DNA from: Obrimoposthia wandeli
Taxonomy: Eukaryota
DNA: 64,000 bases
Assembly (NCBI GenBank): GCA_977020255.1
Contig: CDROCS010003961.1
Coordinates: forward strand, 186,001 to 250,000
Direction: 5' to 3'
Below the pieces are notes generated by a model that was not told the DNA's origin, made no database searches, and saw only the letters and a program-made list of their open reading frames with translations. Positions 13,760-25,816 of the stretch are shown one piece after another; position 1 is the stretch's first letter, and every line of letters begins with the position of its first letter. A program made the translations under genes and the position numbers.

Positions 13760-13960
13760 ATATTGTATTTGTAGCTCACGAGAAGCCATTCTTATTGAGG
13801 TAGTTGATTGTCCTCAAAAACAGATACAATTGCAGCCTTCTCATCAATACTTTGTGGATTACCTGGTTAAGGAAGATCATGAGTGCTTCCTGTTGTGATG
13901 AATCTGATCAATCCGTAAATTCCAGTCTTCCATACTCTTTATACAAGAATTTTTGACAAA
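13760..13960 (-). pseudogene. Tc1/mariner-type HTH remnant
   Basis: Piecewise translation FITTGSTHDLP*PGNP...FEDNQ.TSIRMASRELQI matches F..TGSV.D.PRSGRP...TS.R..S.EL.I. Confidence 0.45.
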
Positions 13961-15499
13961 TTTTTGAAGCCATTTGAAGAACAAGAAAATTTTGCTTTCA
14001 GTAAATTGAAAATATTATATCGGATTAATTTTTTTAGATACAAGATCAACAAAATTAGTGATTTTTGAATCCTTTTGTTACTTTAAAATTTCGAATGATA
14101 AGCAAAATTGAAGTTTAATTTCTATTATCTTTACTTTTACTTAATAATCATTAACTAGAACAAATATTTGCTTATTTGATTTATTCAGAAAATCATCATT
14201 TCCAATTATCTTTCAGTTCTATAAAACTTGTCCCAATATTCCAAATCACAGCTTATGGGGATTATCCTAGTAGAAGGAATCTATGAAAAGTATTTATTGG
14301 AATTTGGGATATTTTCCGTCATCATAAAACTTTCTTTCTTTTGTTCAGTGTCATTGAATATAAAACATATATATGAATAAATATATAGAAAATTATTAAA
14401 AAAACATTGATACTCAAATAAAAATATTATTTTAATAATTACGAAATATTAATAAATTTACTTCAGAATTCAAAAATCGTCTAGAGATACATTTTCATTA
14501 ATATGAGATGAGGTGAAACCAAATGTTATATCTTTCATGAATACATATCGAATGAAGATTTTATGGTTCGTAATAAATGTGTGCATATGTTATTAAAATA
14601 TTGTAAAACTTTATTTTATAGAAATTTTTTTATCAATTATTTAAACTTTTGTTTTACTTTTACAATTTTTCTAAAATAATAATAATAAAATAACCATCTG
14701 ATTTGACTTTCTGTACTCCAAAATAATTAAATTATATGTTTTACAATTATTATTATTTATATTATTAGGGAAATAATCACAACCGTTCTGCTTATTTAGT
14801 TCTATAGTTTCCTCACATAAGATATAAAAGATCAATTAACTGCCCACAATAACATCTCTGATGTACCGAAGTACCAATGACGAAGGATCAATAAAGCGAT
14901 TTCTCCCACATCCACACATCTCTGTGCATCTTGCTCGAACCGACCTCATCATTCCACGAAGGCGATAAAGTATAGAGGACACGTTATTTATCTGCTGTCC
15001 CCAGGGAGCGGAGGTAATATCAGACATGTGCCATTGAGTCTCCACTCGATTTATTGAGTAAGAAATATATCGATTTTGAGTTTTCTCAGTTCATCTTTAT
15101 ATTCTTTGATGATTTTAATTTACATAGAAAGAAAAATATCTGAAAGTTTATTTAACACCAGAATGGTCAAGATGGTAATTTACCAAATTACACATTCCTT
15201 TTTTAAAATATTGCACAGTCCTAAAATATATTCAATACCTATTTAAATTGTTTCGTATTTAAATCCACTCTATTCTATTGTTTTTTTACATTTAAATAAT
15301 ATATTATTACTTTTACTTAAAACAGCCATTCGAATCTGTTAGACTAAGTTTTCTTTATAAAGAATTATTAATTTCAATCATACATTTGTAATTCAGTGAT
15401 TTTCTATAAATATTATACCCCAAACAAGTTTATTCAAAAAATGGAAATATTGCCAAATTTGAGGACTAAAATTTGAAAATCGAATCTTCGAAGAATGAA

Positions 15500-16230
15500 G
15501 ATGTAAATGAAAAAGATGGAAGTGATTTCAGCACTGAAGATGAATCTGCTACAAATGAAGAAGAATCAGAACCAAGAAACGTTTTTATTTCTAAATCGGA
15601 AATGGCCTGTACCGACCTCTTCAAGCATAAAAAATAGTAGAATTGCTCCTCAATATGTCCTAAGAAATCAAGGTATATCTACAAAATGCATATGTCAAAG
15701 AAGTGAGGAAATTAAATACCTACTTATTTACTAATTCGGAAGCTGACTAAAGGAATTAATAATTTTTATATCGATACATTAGAGCTCTAACTATTTATTG
15801 GATTATGTTTATGTAGTAGAAATGAACCATTGAACAGTTTTAGGAGTGCTGAAACATATCGAGGTTTATGATCTAATGACGAAATGTCTCGAAATTCTCA
15901 CAGGGCTGAAGATCTTTTTGTCTAATTGAAGCCTGATTAGAGTCTAATAAGGTCGCGTTCAATCTCAACTGCGTAATGGCATACATAGCTCATGAATTAG
16001 TTCCTGCTGATGAACAATTATTACATTCTGTTAAATCCGCTTGTCATCCTTCTTTGAGATTTATAGGATTTTCCAATCAATTATATATATACTAGCATTA
16101 TTATACGGTTGAGATTTTGGATATACATTACAAGGTAAAACCAAATGTAAAGATTTCATATTACTTAGTGTGTTCAATAAATATTGTGACAATCGCTATA
16201 AAATTTTTTCACAGCCTTGAATTTGTATTT
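15500..16230 (+). pseudogene. Decayed piggyBac-like transposase
   Basis: Acidic N-terminus, then MSRN, DEQLL and CDNRY..FHSL (the DN.FTS.L position) in the expected order. Many stops. Confidence 0.5.
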
Positions 16231-16384
16231 TAAAGATGATAAAATATTAAATATATATATCGAACTATATTATTATTATTAATAGTTTCGTTGAACCGGT
16301 AACTTTATATTTGTAACTATAGATATAGTGTGAAAAAGTAAATGGAATTTGTGAAAGAAAATTACAGATTTTTTATTTAAACCA

Positions 16385-16770
16385 TGCGAAGAATAGGAAG
16401 AAATAAACCCGAAATTTATGATATGCTAGTAGAGACATGGAAAGAAAAAGCACATTCACGTGCTACTGTTTTTCGTATCCTTTAAGATTTAGAACAAGGC
16501 AAGGGGAAATCTTTTGATGATGCTCATCAATCATAAAGTCCTCCAATTGCGAATATCCCAGCTAACGTAGCCACATTTAATGAATTATTTATGGAAAATA
16601 GTCGTATATAAATTCGTGAATTGATCTTGAGTGTTGGCACAATTTATTCCATCCTGCACAAGTAGTTATGCTCAAAATGGGTTCCTCAAGCTTTCATTGA
16701 AAAACAAAAGGAACAAAGAATAGAATGTTGTACAGAATGGCTGAATAAATTTCAAACTGAAAATTTAAAT
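16385..16770 (+). pseudogene. Mariner transposase, N-terminal half
   Basis: EIYDMLVET...SRATVFR...SFDD, LSVGTIYSILH and LCSKWVPQ (WVPH motif), with stops. Confidence 0.75.
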
Positions 16771-17728
16771 AATGTTAGATATGTGGCTCTTTAGCTTATT
16801 AGAATCCAAGAGAAATCATATGAATTATGATGATTCAAAGGAATTGAAAAATTTCCTTTTTCATGCTTTGAAAGGGATACCTAAAAAATTTATTCATCAA
16901 TATGATAATTTATTGGATGATTTATATGGTATTCTAGCAGTATCAGGAGACTACTTATAATATCTTATGTATCTTTATTTATATATTCTTTGTTTTATAA
17001 TAAACCTTGTTGTCTCATTATTTATTGAACACACCAAATATATTAAATGCTGATTTCCAAGTAAGATCTGAATAACCATGAAATTTAACAAAATATTGTT
17101 TATGTTTACCAGTACTCTTACTTTTTAATATTTTTTTGAATATTAAATAGTTTAGGTTTACTTGATATTACTTGTAGTTCTTGTTCGACAAATTTACCAT
17201 CAGTGATATTATTGTCAGCATCTTTAATAGTTTACATTATCGGGTTAATTTTTTGATTCATCTTACTTATACGAAATGTTTAGAGCTTCAATCAAATCTG
17301 ATCAAATCGTTTTATAAATGGAGTAGAGTTATGTTTTTTAAATAACGCACACACAAAAAATATTTTAGTAAAACGAAAATAACATCTTAGGGCACAGTAT
17401 CTCAAGTTAATAACATTCACGAACACTCATTTTAGTCGAGTGCGGCATTAACAACGGAGGTTTTCTCAAGTAAAATATCTTAAATTCAGTTCCTCCGAGT
17501 AGAAAACTCCATGTATAGTAGTGTAAAGTTCACCTTTCTAAACTTTAGAACATCAGTTATACATACAGAACGATCAGATCATTGGACCCCCTGGACCAAG
17601 CACAGATGAGGCGCAAATCAAGGTAAACATATGATCTGTGATTGATATGTGCTTGGCTTAAGGTGAGGACTGTTCTAACGCGTGATAAAGTACTCTTTAG
17701 GTTGAAGATGTACCACCACTGCACTTAC

Positions 17729-17855
17729 CAACCAAACAGAATGGTCTCTTGGCGAACTGGATCCTGCCCCTCCAGGTTTGGTATCGAGATCGGCACCCTG
17801 CGCTCCACATCCGAAGGCAGTATTCCGTAAAAAACCAGAATAGCATCACGAGTTC
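17729..17855 (-). CDS. KCNQ: KCNQ exon (S2 and S2-S3 linker): ELVMLFWFFTEYCLRMWSAGCRSRYQTWRGRIQFAKRPFCLV
   Basis: 127-bp exon with tttgcag| acceptor and |gtaagt donor, phase 0/1. Diagnostic WSAGCRSRY...R..FA.RPFC motif. Not in the ORF track. Confidence 0.97.
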
Positions 17856-20669
17856 CTGCAAAAGCGGAAATTCTAATATATTTTATATATTTGAAAAGTA
17901 AATTAATTTAAAAATTTTATAATGTTAAAAATTTAAACAAAAGTTTTTTAAGCATATTTTTTGTTTTTAAAAAAGTGCAGTTGTCTTGTAATTATGTGAC
18001 TGCATCTTGTCAATTTATAATCTATTAATAATCCATTATAAAATGATTTGAGAAAATGTTTCTAAATTAATTATGTTTATTTCTGAGAACTCAGTAAAAT
18101 AAGATTTCATATTACAGTTGTCAACAGAAAAAATTAGCTTAAATATAGTCAAATAGAGCATTGAACAAAAATGTATAGACATGAAAATCATATCTAGTAA
18201 AAAAATAAAATGGCTGAAATATGAAGTGGAATAACAAAATTACAAATTACAAATTTATAACCTGATGACGAATAAATTTCTCTGTAAATGAAATATAAAA
18301 GACATTGAAATTAATGTATAATTGTATTTGATTATTATTATTCATTCAATAATTTGAATGTGTATGTCGATTAACAATATTCATTTGAACAATTAACAAT
18401 TTCCTTATCAGCTAATTTATCATGAATCTAAAATACGTTTACTTAATTATCCACGATAAGATAATTAAATAATTCATCTTCTCAACTTCTGAAAATATTG
18501 ACAAATTTCATGTTCAAAATCACCATCAATTTTAATTTCTAAATAGAACTACTTTGGAAATATTTTTAAAACTTAATTCAGAAATAGTAACAAAAAATTG
18601 AGATTTTTATATTTGATTTATTGATTAATGAATTATTTATGAGTGTTAATCGAAATATATTTCATTTAGTAATCAATTTTTTCTTTGTATTAAAATTTAA
18701 ATCTCAGAACAATGTAACAATTTTTTGTTAGTTATTTTATGTTACCATTTATTTATAAATCATTTGACATATACTAAACTATTTCAAGAAAAGATTTTGA
18801 AGTATGAAATCCAAACTCTAAGAAATTGTTCAAATAAACATATTTTTATGATCTTTTAGAGTACGAAATGCATTGTTAATTTGACTATCTCAATTTTGAG
18901 TTCATCTTACAATTGTGGCATTCTAAATCACTTGCTAACGATTTAAGCAATTTTTATTTTCATTTATTTAATCGAACATAGGAAAGGCTGCTACAAATTG
19001 ATTTTTGTCTACTTATTTCAAACATAAATTCAGTATATTTTGTTTATATCAATATCATTGTAGTAGACAATTAAAACCGATATCAACTGAGTTTCACTAG
19101 TAAATTGGAAATTAATTGTCAGTTGATGGTTAGTCTTGCGGAATCAAGATAGTGTTTCTAGTGACTTAAACGACAAAGTAATAATAGCGCTGGTAGAAAA
19201 TAATTTTCATATGTCGAATGGATATGTTAGAAAATGTAATGACACACAAAATCAACTTTTAAATTAATAATTTCAAACCAAAATTTTAAATCGATAATTA
19301 TGTGGATGTTAATAGTTTATGATTAATCAATTATTATTGTGTGTATTAAAGTAAATTATTGGTCAAAATAATGTAGATTCAGAAGCAATGGACGTAAGTT
19401 AAATAATATTTTCCATAGCGATTTATCATACGCCGGTGTATCTTTTCAGTCAAAAGACCGTGTGTTTGAAGTTTGATCCAGGCTTGTTAGAGTTTATGAG
19501 ACTCCTCTAATAATGAACATCGACTGGCTTGTTAGGTCGGCTTTTATTTCCTTGCTTTGTTTATTCCGCTTTGTTTTATATGTTCTGTAGTGACTGTGTA
19601 AATCGTTTATTGACAAACAAACAGATTAAAATCAGTTTATATCATATTATCTTCTGAATGATGCTCAATATTGAGATTGTAAACAATGCTTTCATTGAGT
19701 TTGGAAAGTATGAATAAACAATTATGGATTACGTTTTTGTCAAGTGTAGAATGACCTTGATTTGTCGGTTGGTTGATGGCCATGAATAATTCCTCATGAA
19801 AATAGTATGTGATTGAAAGTTCACCATGTTTCTATAAATAAATAAAACAGAAATTGCAATTATGCAATTCGCATATTTATCAGTCTTATTTTTACAAAAT
19901 TCGAAAGATTTTCATATAAACCTCCCGATACATAAAATATGTATATATTAAAATCTTTTAATAGTTGTTAAAACTGCTGAAAATTGTTTTAATTGAAATT
20001 GACACAAGCTTTTTTAATGGGAGAATTTGATCTTCACTAATAAGGGATGACATTCACTATTTCAAAACACAACATGCTAGATTCACCAATATATTCATTT
20101 TCAAATAATCATCAAATATAAGTCATTAAACAACTGAAAATCTAATGAGTTTGAGAAAAGTATAAACCACATTGTGCTCAATGAAATAAAAAACAATACA
20201 TCACACTTTACATAAACATCTAATCCAACTTACCAAAATGTCTGAATATTATATAGCCCATACATACACATCACATACACACCAATGGCCAACACCCAAA
20301 TACTGCAGTTTAAGAAATGTTGGATCTAATTGGGCAATTCAATTTGAATTATTGTAATTCAATAAATGCAGTACAAAATTTATAATTATCAACGATCTAT
20401 TTCTGAGGAAGAATTTCCATACATTCCATACACATCATAAGTAGGTGGATGTGTCTGGTCTAATCCACTCACCCCTGTCCTTTAAAACCGTGTATGTGTG
20501 TGGAGTGAAATTTTCTACCTCCCAACCCAACACTCAAAAAAACCTAATTAACCCCATATAACACCCTTTAAAATTGAAAATCTCATAATGCTCCTAAAAA
20601 CGTGAGGAAGGTCCTGAGAGGCCGTCTAGTGGGCCAAAGCGTGCCCTCTGGGCCTGCGGAGGTTTGACG

Positions 20670-20905
20670 AGCTATACATATACAGGGTCACGAAAAAATT
20701 TTGAAAAAAAATTGTACGCGAGAATTTTTTTCGCACACTGCGGGCGCGAAAAATATTTTCCTTATCATTATTTATATCCATACATATATAGACAGAGTCG
20801 CGAAAAATTGTACGCAAGAATTTTTTTCGCACACTCAGGCGCGAAAAATATTTTCCTTATAAGAATTTATATTTAGATACATATATATAGGGTCGCAAAA
20901 ATTTT
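20670..20905 (+). repeat. About 95-100-bp subterminal direct repeats containing E2F-type GCGCGAAA motifs
   Basis: AAAAATTGTACGC.AGAATTTTTTTCGCACACT..GGCGCGAAAAATATTTTCCTTAT occurs twice, plus partial copies. GCGCGAAA (reverse complement TTTCGCGC) at 20744 and 20839. Confidence 0.75.
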
Positions 20906-20960
20906 TAAATCATCAACTACATAAATTGGAAATGATTTCAACATTTTCATTTTATTCAGA

Positions 20961-21081
20961 TGAGTTATCGTTGAGTCATAGGATGAGTCATCGATGAGTC
21001 ATAGAATGAGTCATCATGACTTAAAATGAACTTGACCTCATGATGACCTTAAATGACCTTGACCTCATGAGGTCATGACCT
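20961..21081. promoter_or_regulatory. Enhancer-like cluster: phased AP-1 sites followed by nuclear-receptor half-sites
   Basis: TGAGTCA at 20972, 20984, 20995 and 21007 (plus TGAGTTA at 20961). TGACCT at 21033, 21044, 21054 and 21060. Perfect AGGTCATGACCT palindrome at 21070-21081. About 260 bp upstream of the first element gene. Confidence 0.6.
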
Positions 21082-21343
21082 TAACTTAACCTTAAAATGT
21101 ATCCTCTGAAAAAAAAATTCTACCCTTCAAACATGTATGGTCAAGAAAATATTACTATTTTAAATCCAAAGATATATATGTATTCAAACATCAACAAAAA
21201 TTAAGAAAATACTATAAATTATTTGAATAATACGTTTTCATTGGACGTTGAACTTAAGCAACAAAAACTTAAGAAAATAATTATATTTTCAAAAAAACAT
21301 ACTCGCATTCAAACGTAGTTAAAAAATTTGATAAAAGTCTACA

Positions 21344-23271
21344 ATGTCGATTTGGATGAAGATGCGAGGTTCATCTATATAGGGATATCTCTCCAGTACA
21401 GCAGCGAACGCCACCACCGGTACAGTACATTGACTTACTTAGTCAAGACTCGTCGGTGGTGAGCGAAGAAGACGAAGGAGAAGCAGCAGCAAGAGCCGAG
21501 CTGTTGTTAGAAGAACCGCCATTGGCCAGCTCAACTCCGAGAGAAGAACCAATGAGCGTGAGAGGTGGGATACAGAGATCCCAATATATCGACCTAACTA
21601 GTCAGGATTCGATTGAGAATTGGGAAGACTGTACTCCCAGGCAAAACACAAAACCCACTCGTCCGGCAACTTCAGCAGTAGCAGCAAGGATATCCAATCT
21701 CTTCGAAAATTTTGAGGAGGCAAACAAAAGCCCCTGGAAATTGATCCCACTGTCTCAGCCGGAGATAGTACTCACACCAGACTCAGACGAGGAGCTATTC
21801 ACCGATGACGTTCTGTCGGATGGTGAGGATGACTTGACTCCATTCATCGACGAATGGATACAGCCAAGTATCGGAGCCCCAGGAGCCAACGATTCGATGG
21901 TGGCAGAATTGGACGAGGACGAGTGGCGCCTGTTCACCGATGATTGGGATGGTCTCACTCCCTCTGCAACTCCAACTCCGATAGCCGACAATACGGTGCC
22001 TGATTCGTTCAAAAGGCCGCAATCTCCGATACGTCCTGTTAGGAGAATAAAGGTGACGAATGAGGTTAGTCTATTAATATATTTAAAGTGTTTTTTATTT
22101 TCATTTTTATAAACTTCAACTAGATTTGGCACCGTCAGTGACCACGGTGGAGAGGCTGATTGAACCACAGTACTTGGCGAGTCAATGTAGCCAGGATGAT
22201 CCCAGGATTCAGCAGCGATACCTACCGACCCCGGCTAAATTTGAGGTAAATTATTATAAATTATTTAATTATTTTAATTATTCGCATAGGAAGCCGAATT
22301 GGTGGAGGAAATTTGGGAGGAGGCAACTCTCAGACAACCCCTCGATAGGAAACAAGCGGCGGTTAAGAAACCTCGACGCCATCGGGTCAAAACCCACACA
22401 GTCCATCGGAAGAAGGCCAAGTTGGTGAAACAGGCTAACCTGCCCGTCATCGAGGTAAATTATTTATATTTTAAAATTTTATTTATGTTTTTTGTTGCAG
22501 GAACCAATACAATTAACTGAAGAGACATGGGGCAAAATTTCTTCTTTCCCGCAGAAGCGAACGAGGTGGGCTGCTGTACGGAAAACGAGGCGCCTTAGAA
22601 AGGCGAAATCTTGTCTGCTCAAATCGACCAAAGTAACGATAGAGCGGCAGGAAAAACTTCCGTATCAGATTATTGAGGTAAAATTTAGATATTTAAATAT
22701 TTTTGAAATAAATGAACTTTATTAAAAATTTTATTAATGTTTTCTTTTGCAGGAACCTGTCCGGATAATTGAGGAGGCTTTGGAAGAAATTACTCCTTTC
22801 CCCAAGAAACGGACGAAGCGAGCAGAGGTGAAGAAGACGAGGCGCTCGAGAAAATGTAGCACCTCAATTGGCCATTATTCTTAGGCGGTCATTGGACGGC
22901 AGGAGATTCTCCCATCTCCAGTGGATGACGATCTAATTTTATACGAGAGGATCCCAGTCTCACCGATCGAGATTAGTCCGCCATCAAGTCAACGACGCCT
23001 ACAGGAGACATCACCGGCTTCTCCTCGTCCAACAACCAGCCAGAACTTAAAGAGGGCCTGGGATGAAGCTAGATTGGACGAATTCCAGGCGGAACTGGAT
23101 ACACCGGAAATGCTTACAGATTCGTGAGGGCAACATAATGCCGTCTCACGCCAGCTTCAGCGTGAGAAGGAGGAGAAACAGAAGAAAGCTCCGCGGAAGA
23201 GGAAGGCTACTGCTTCTATGTCGGGGCCATCAACATCGGCTGCACCTCCTCCCAAAAATTTGCAGCAATGA
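21344..23271 (+). pseudogene. Element gene A: 5-exon, disorder-like acidic-then-basic protein with two SIM-like motifs and three repeated exon modules
   Basis: Exons about 21344-22064, 22124-22245, 22290-22454, 22501-22677 and 22753-23271, separated by AT-rich GT-AG introns of 59, 44, 46 and 75 bp with GAG|GT donors. In-frame stops at 22882 and 23125. Probable 1-bp losses near 21350-21365 and at 22123. Confidence 0.75.
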
Positions 23272-23598
23272 TGACTTCGTAAAGATGTTTAAGAATATAA
23301 TTTATAAAAATTAGTTTCATATGTTTTCTTGTTAATATTTATTTAAATACCATCTTTAGGTTTATTAAAATATCAAGATGAAAAAAATAGTTAATTTATT
23401 CGACTGTGATTGGATTAATAAGGAATCATTTAAATTTTTTTAGGTTTAAATGTAAATGCAATGATTAGTTATAGATTTATTAAACTTTCATTTGATACAT
23501 AAAAATATATCATTTCATTGCCTGTGATTGGATTAAAAATGTCTTAAATTTATATATATATAGGTTCAAATTTATTAACCTCTTCATAATTAAAAAAA

Positions 23599-23904
23599 AT
23601 GGAATTCGTTAAATTGCAAAGTTTGGTAACGAAGATAGAAACAAACATCAGAATAAATGAGAAGAAAGGGGACTTAAGAAAGAGGATCCTCAATCAAAAT
23701 TTGTATGCTGCTGTTGCGACCGAGTGGACTCGCCGGGTGGAGATACAAGATAGGAGGCTAGCAGAACGACGTCGAATCGTGGAGTGGAATAAGAAGATCG
23801 AATTGGAAAAAAGGAAGGTGGATGAAAAAAGAAGATAAGAGATGGAGGATATTCGGAGATCAGCAAGAAAAAGAATCCTCCAGATTAAACCGGATATTTT
23901 TTGA
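23599..23904 (+). pseudogene. Element gene B: small basic, coiled-coil-like protein (about 100 aa)
   Basis: ORF 23599-23838 continues in frame past one TAA to 23904. Preceded by a perfect 15-bp repeat CTGTGATTGGATTAA (CCAAT box) at 23404 and 23522 and a TATA-like tract. Confidence 0.55.
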
Positions 23905-24024
23905 TTATTATTTTGTCTTTATTGATTAGGTTACATAATTGTCTAAATATTTTACATAATTGTTTAAATATTTTACATAAGCATACTAAATATAAACAAT
24001 TTTATATATAATGTTTTTTGTAAA

Positions 24025-24245
24025 ATGGATAATAAAAATTGGAATAAATTATACATAAAATTATCTCCAGATTTAATGGAAGATTATAAAAAAATATTTT
24101 TCAGAAAATGATACTGAGGAAATGGTTGGATATAAATTATGTAATTTAATTTCGAAATATTTAGGTATGTTTACATTTAATATAATTTATTTTAATATTC
24201 ATAGGAGAATTGACAATATATGCCAATCTTAACATGAAAGACTGA
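24025..24245 (+). pseudogene. Possible small spliced element gene (about 60 aa)
   Basis: MDNKNWNKLYIKLSPDLMEDYKK, a frameshift in an A/T run, FSENDTEEMVGYKLCNLISKYL, a 40-bp GT-AG intron (24165-24204), then GELTIYANLNMKD*. Confidence 0.4.
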
Positions 24246-24333
24246 ATCCTGAGTACTTTGTTATTTTAATAAATTTTTGATTAATGATTATTTTCGTTAT
24301 AAACAACGGGATTTGTTGCAAATTTAGATAATT

Positions 24334-24822
24334 ATGCAGGAATATATCATAGATTTTGAGGCTTTCATTAACAAAAATGATGATTATATTATAAAATAAT
24401 TATTTATTATGGATGTATGCGACGTTTTTCATCCTTTGCATTTCATATTTCAAATAGATATCCCGTTTAAAAGTTTAGATTATAAGAAAAAATTTACTAA
24501 TTTATATCTAACTAATTACTTTCATTTATTAAAATGGAAAGAAGGACATAAGGCTTTTTGTGAAATATGTATTTTCGATACAATAACATCTAATTTTGAT
24601 ATAGAAAATGGAATTTTTCATGTTTTAGATGAAATGGATGGCAAAAAGTATAAGACTTTAAAAAAATATTTTCCCAAATTGAGGTTGAATACTTTAAATA
24701 TTTCACATGATCATCTATTAAAAATTCCACGAAATATTTGCTGTCCATATCGTAATCATGGTGACCATTGCGCATATAAAAAATGTTTAAGTCTTTCTTA
24801 TTATTACTTGACATGTAGATAA
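24334..24822 (+). pseudogene. Element gene C: DEDD/DnaQ-like exonuclease-fold candidate
   Basis: ATG at 24334 is in frame with ORF 24409. YIIDFEAF...YIIK*L has one TAA (24397) at the expected KEL position. Later HLLKWKEG and C-terminal CPYRNHGDHCAYKKC. Confidence 0.55.
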
Positions 24823-25052
24823 ACAATTCTTCTAATTGGAGAAATTCATTATTAAAATTTTACAACTAATTACAAATAAGCCTTTTGATTGGAAGAATAA
24901 AAATATTTTTTTCAACCAATAACAGATAAACAATCCTTCTCAGTGGAGTGATAAATTCAATTTTTTAATCCAATAGGAAAAGAGCATGTGTGTATAAATT
25001 TTAGTATATAAGCAAACACTTTCTTCATTTAAATCCCCGACTATTTGAAATA

Positions 25053-25723
25053 ATGACTATGGTAAGAATCTATACTTATTATTTCTTTATTAATATTTAT
25101 GATTTCAGATTACTTGTAACCTGTTTCCAGCATATTGTGGTGCTTCGGCTCTGCATGGAGGAGAGACCTACATGGAGATAATGTCCGCCTACTATCGGAC
25201 AACGTCTTGCGGGCTTCACTTCTTCGTCTGTCCCTTCTGCAGAACAATGGAGGAGAAGGAGTTTCGAGACTTCTTCGGTGAACATCGAGCTCATCTATTC
25301 TGTTTCACGGCCAACAACAAGAAGAGGGATATCGTGCAATTGGTGCGCGATTCGCAGGCCGCTCCAGCACCTGCTCCAATTCCAGTTGCAGTGATTCAAC
25401 CCGTTTACGGTCCTGCGATTGGTCCTTTTCTCCCGACTCCTGATTCTGCTGCACCATCCCCTCAAATGATTAACAATGAGTGGATGAATGACATCTCTAA
25501 GGAAGATTTTGAGGAGATGGCGCCAGCAACCCAATACTCAAACAATGACTGGATGGAAAATATCACCCAGTCAGATTTCGAGATGGAGCAGCCTCAGTGG
25601 AGCGATAACTCCTGGTTGGAGACCATCGAAGAATCCGATTTCGTCGAGATAACGGACGACAGCTTGATGGATTCCGTCAATGAAGAGGACTTCGTACCAG
25701 CTACAGTTGGATTGCCTTCATGA
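25053..25723 (+). CDS. Element gene D: 2-exon protein with a Cys/His-rich N-terminus, Pro-rich linker and four acidic W/F repeats
   Basis: ATGACTATG|gtaaga, 47-bp intron (25062-25108) ending ttcag|. Exon 2 is in frame with ORF 25172 and uninterrupted to 25723. Upstream CCAAT boxes and TATATAAG at about 25005. Confidence 0.7.
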
Positions 25724-25816
25724 GGTATTTTTTTATTATTATTTTTCAGATTCTTTTTTAAAATTGTAATTATATATATATTATTTTTAATTAAATATAT
25801 ATTATTGTAACTATAT

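Noticed and set aside
20440-20530. Recurrent TIR motif or LTR tandem repeats as a CRISPR-like array
   Set aside because: The context is eukaryotic, there are no regular unique spacers, and the repeats are explained by transposon ends.
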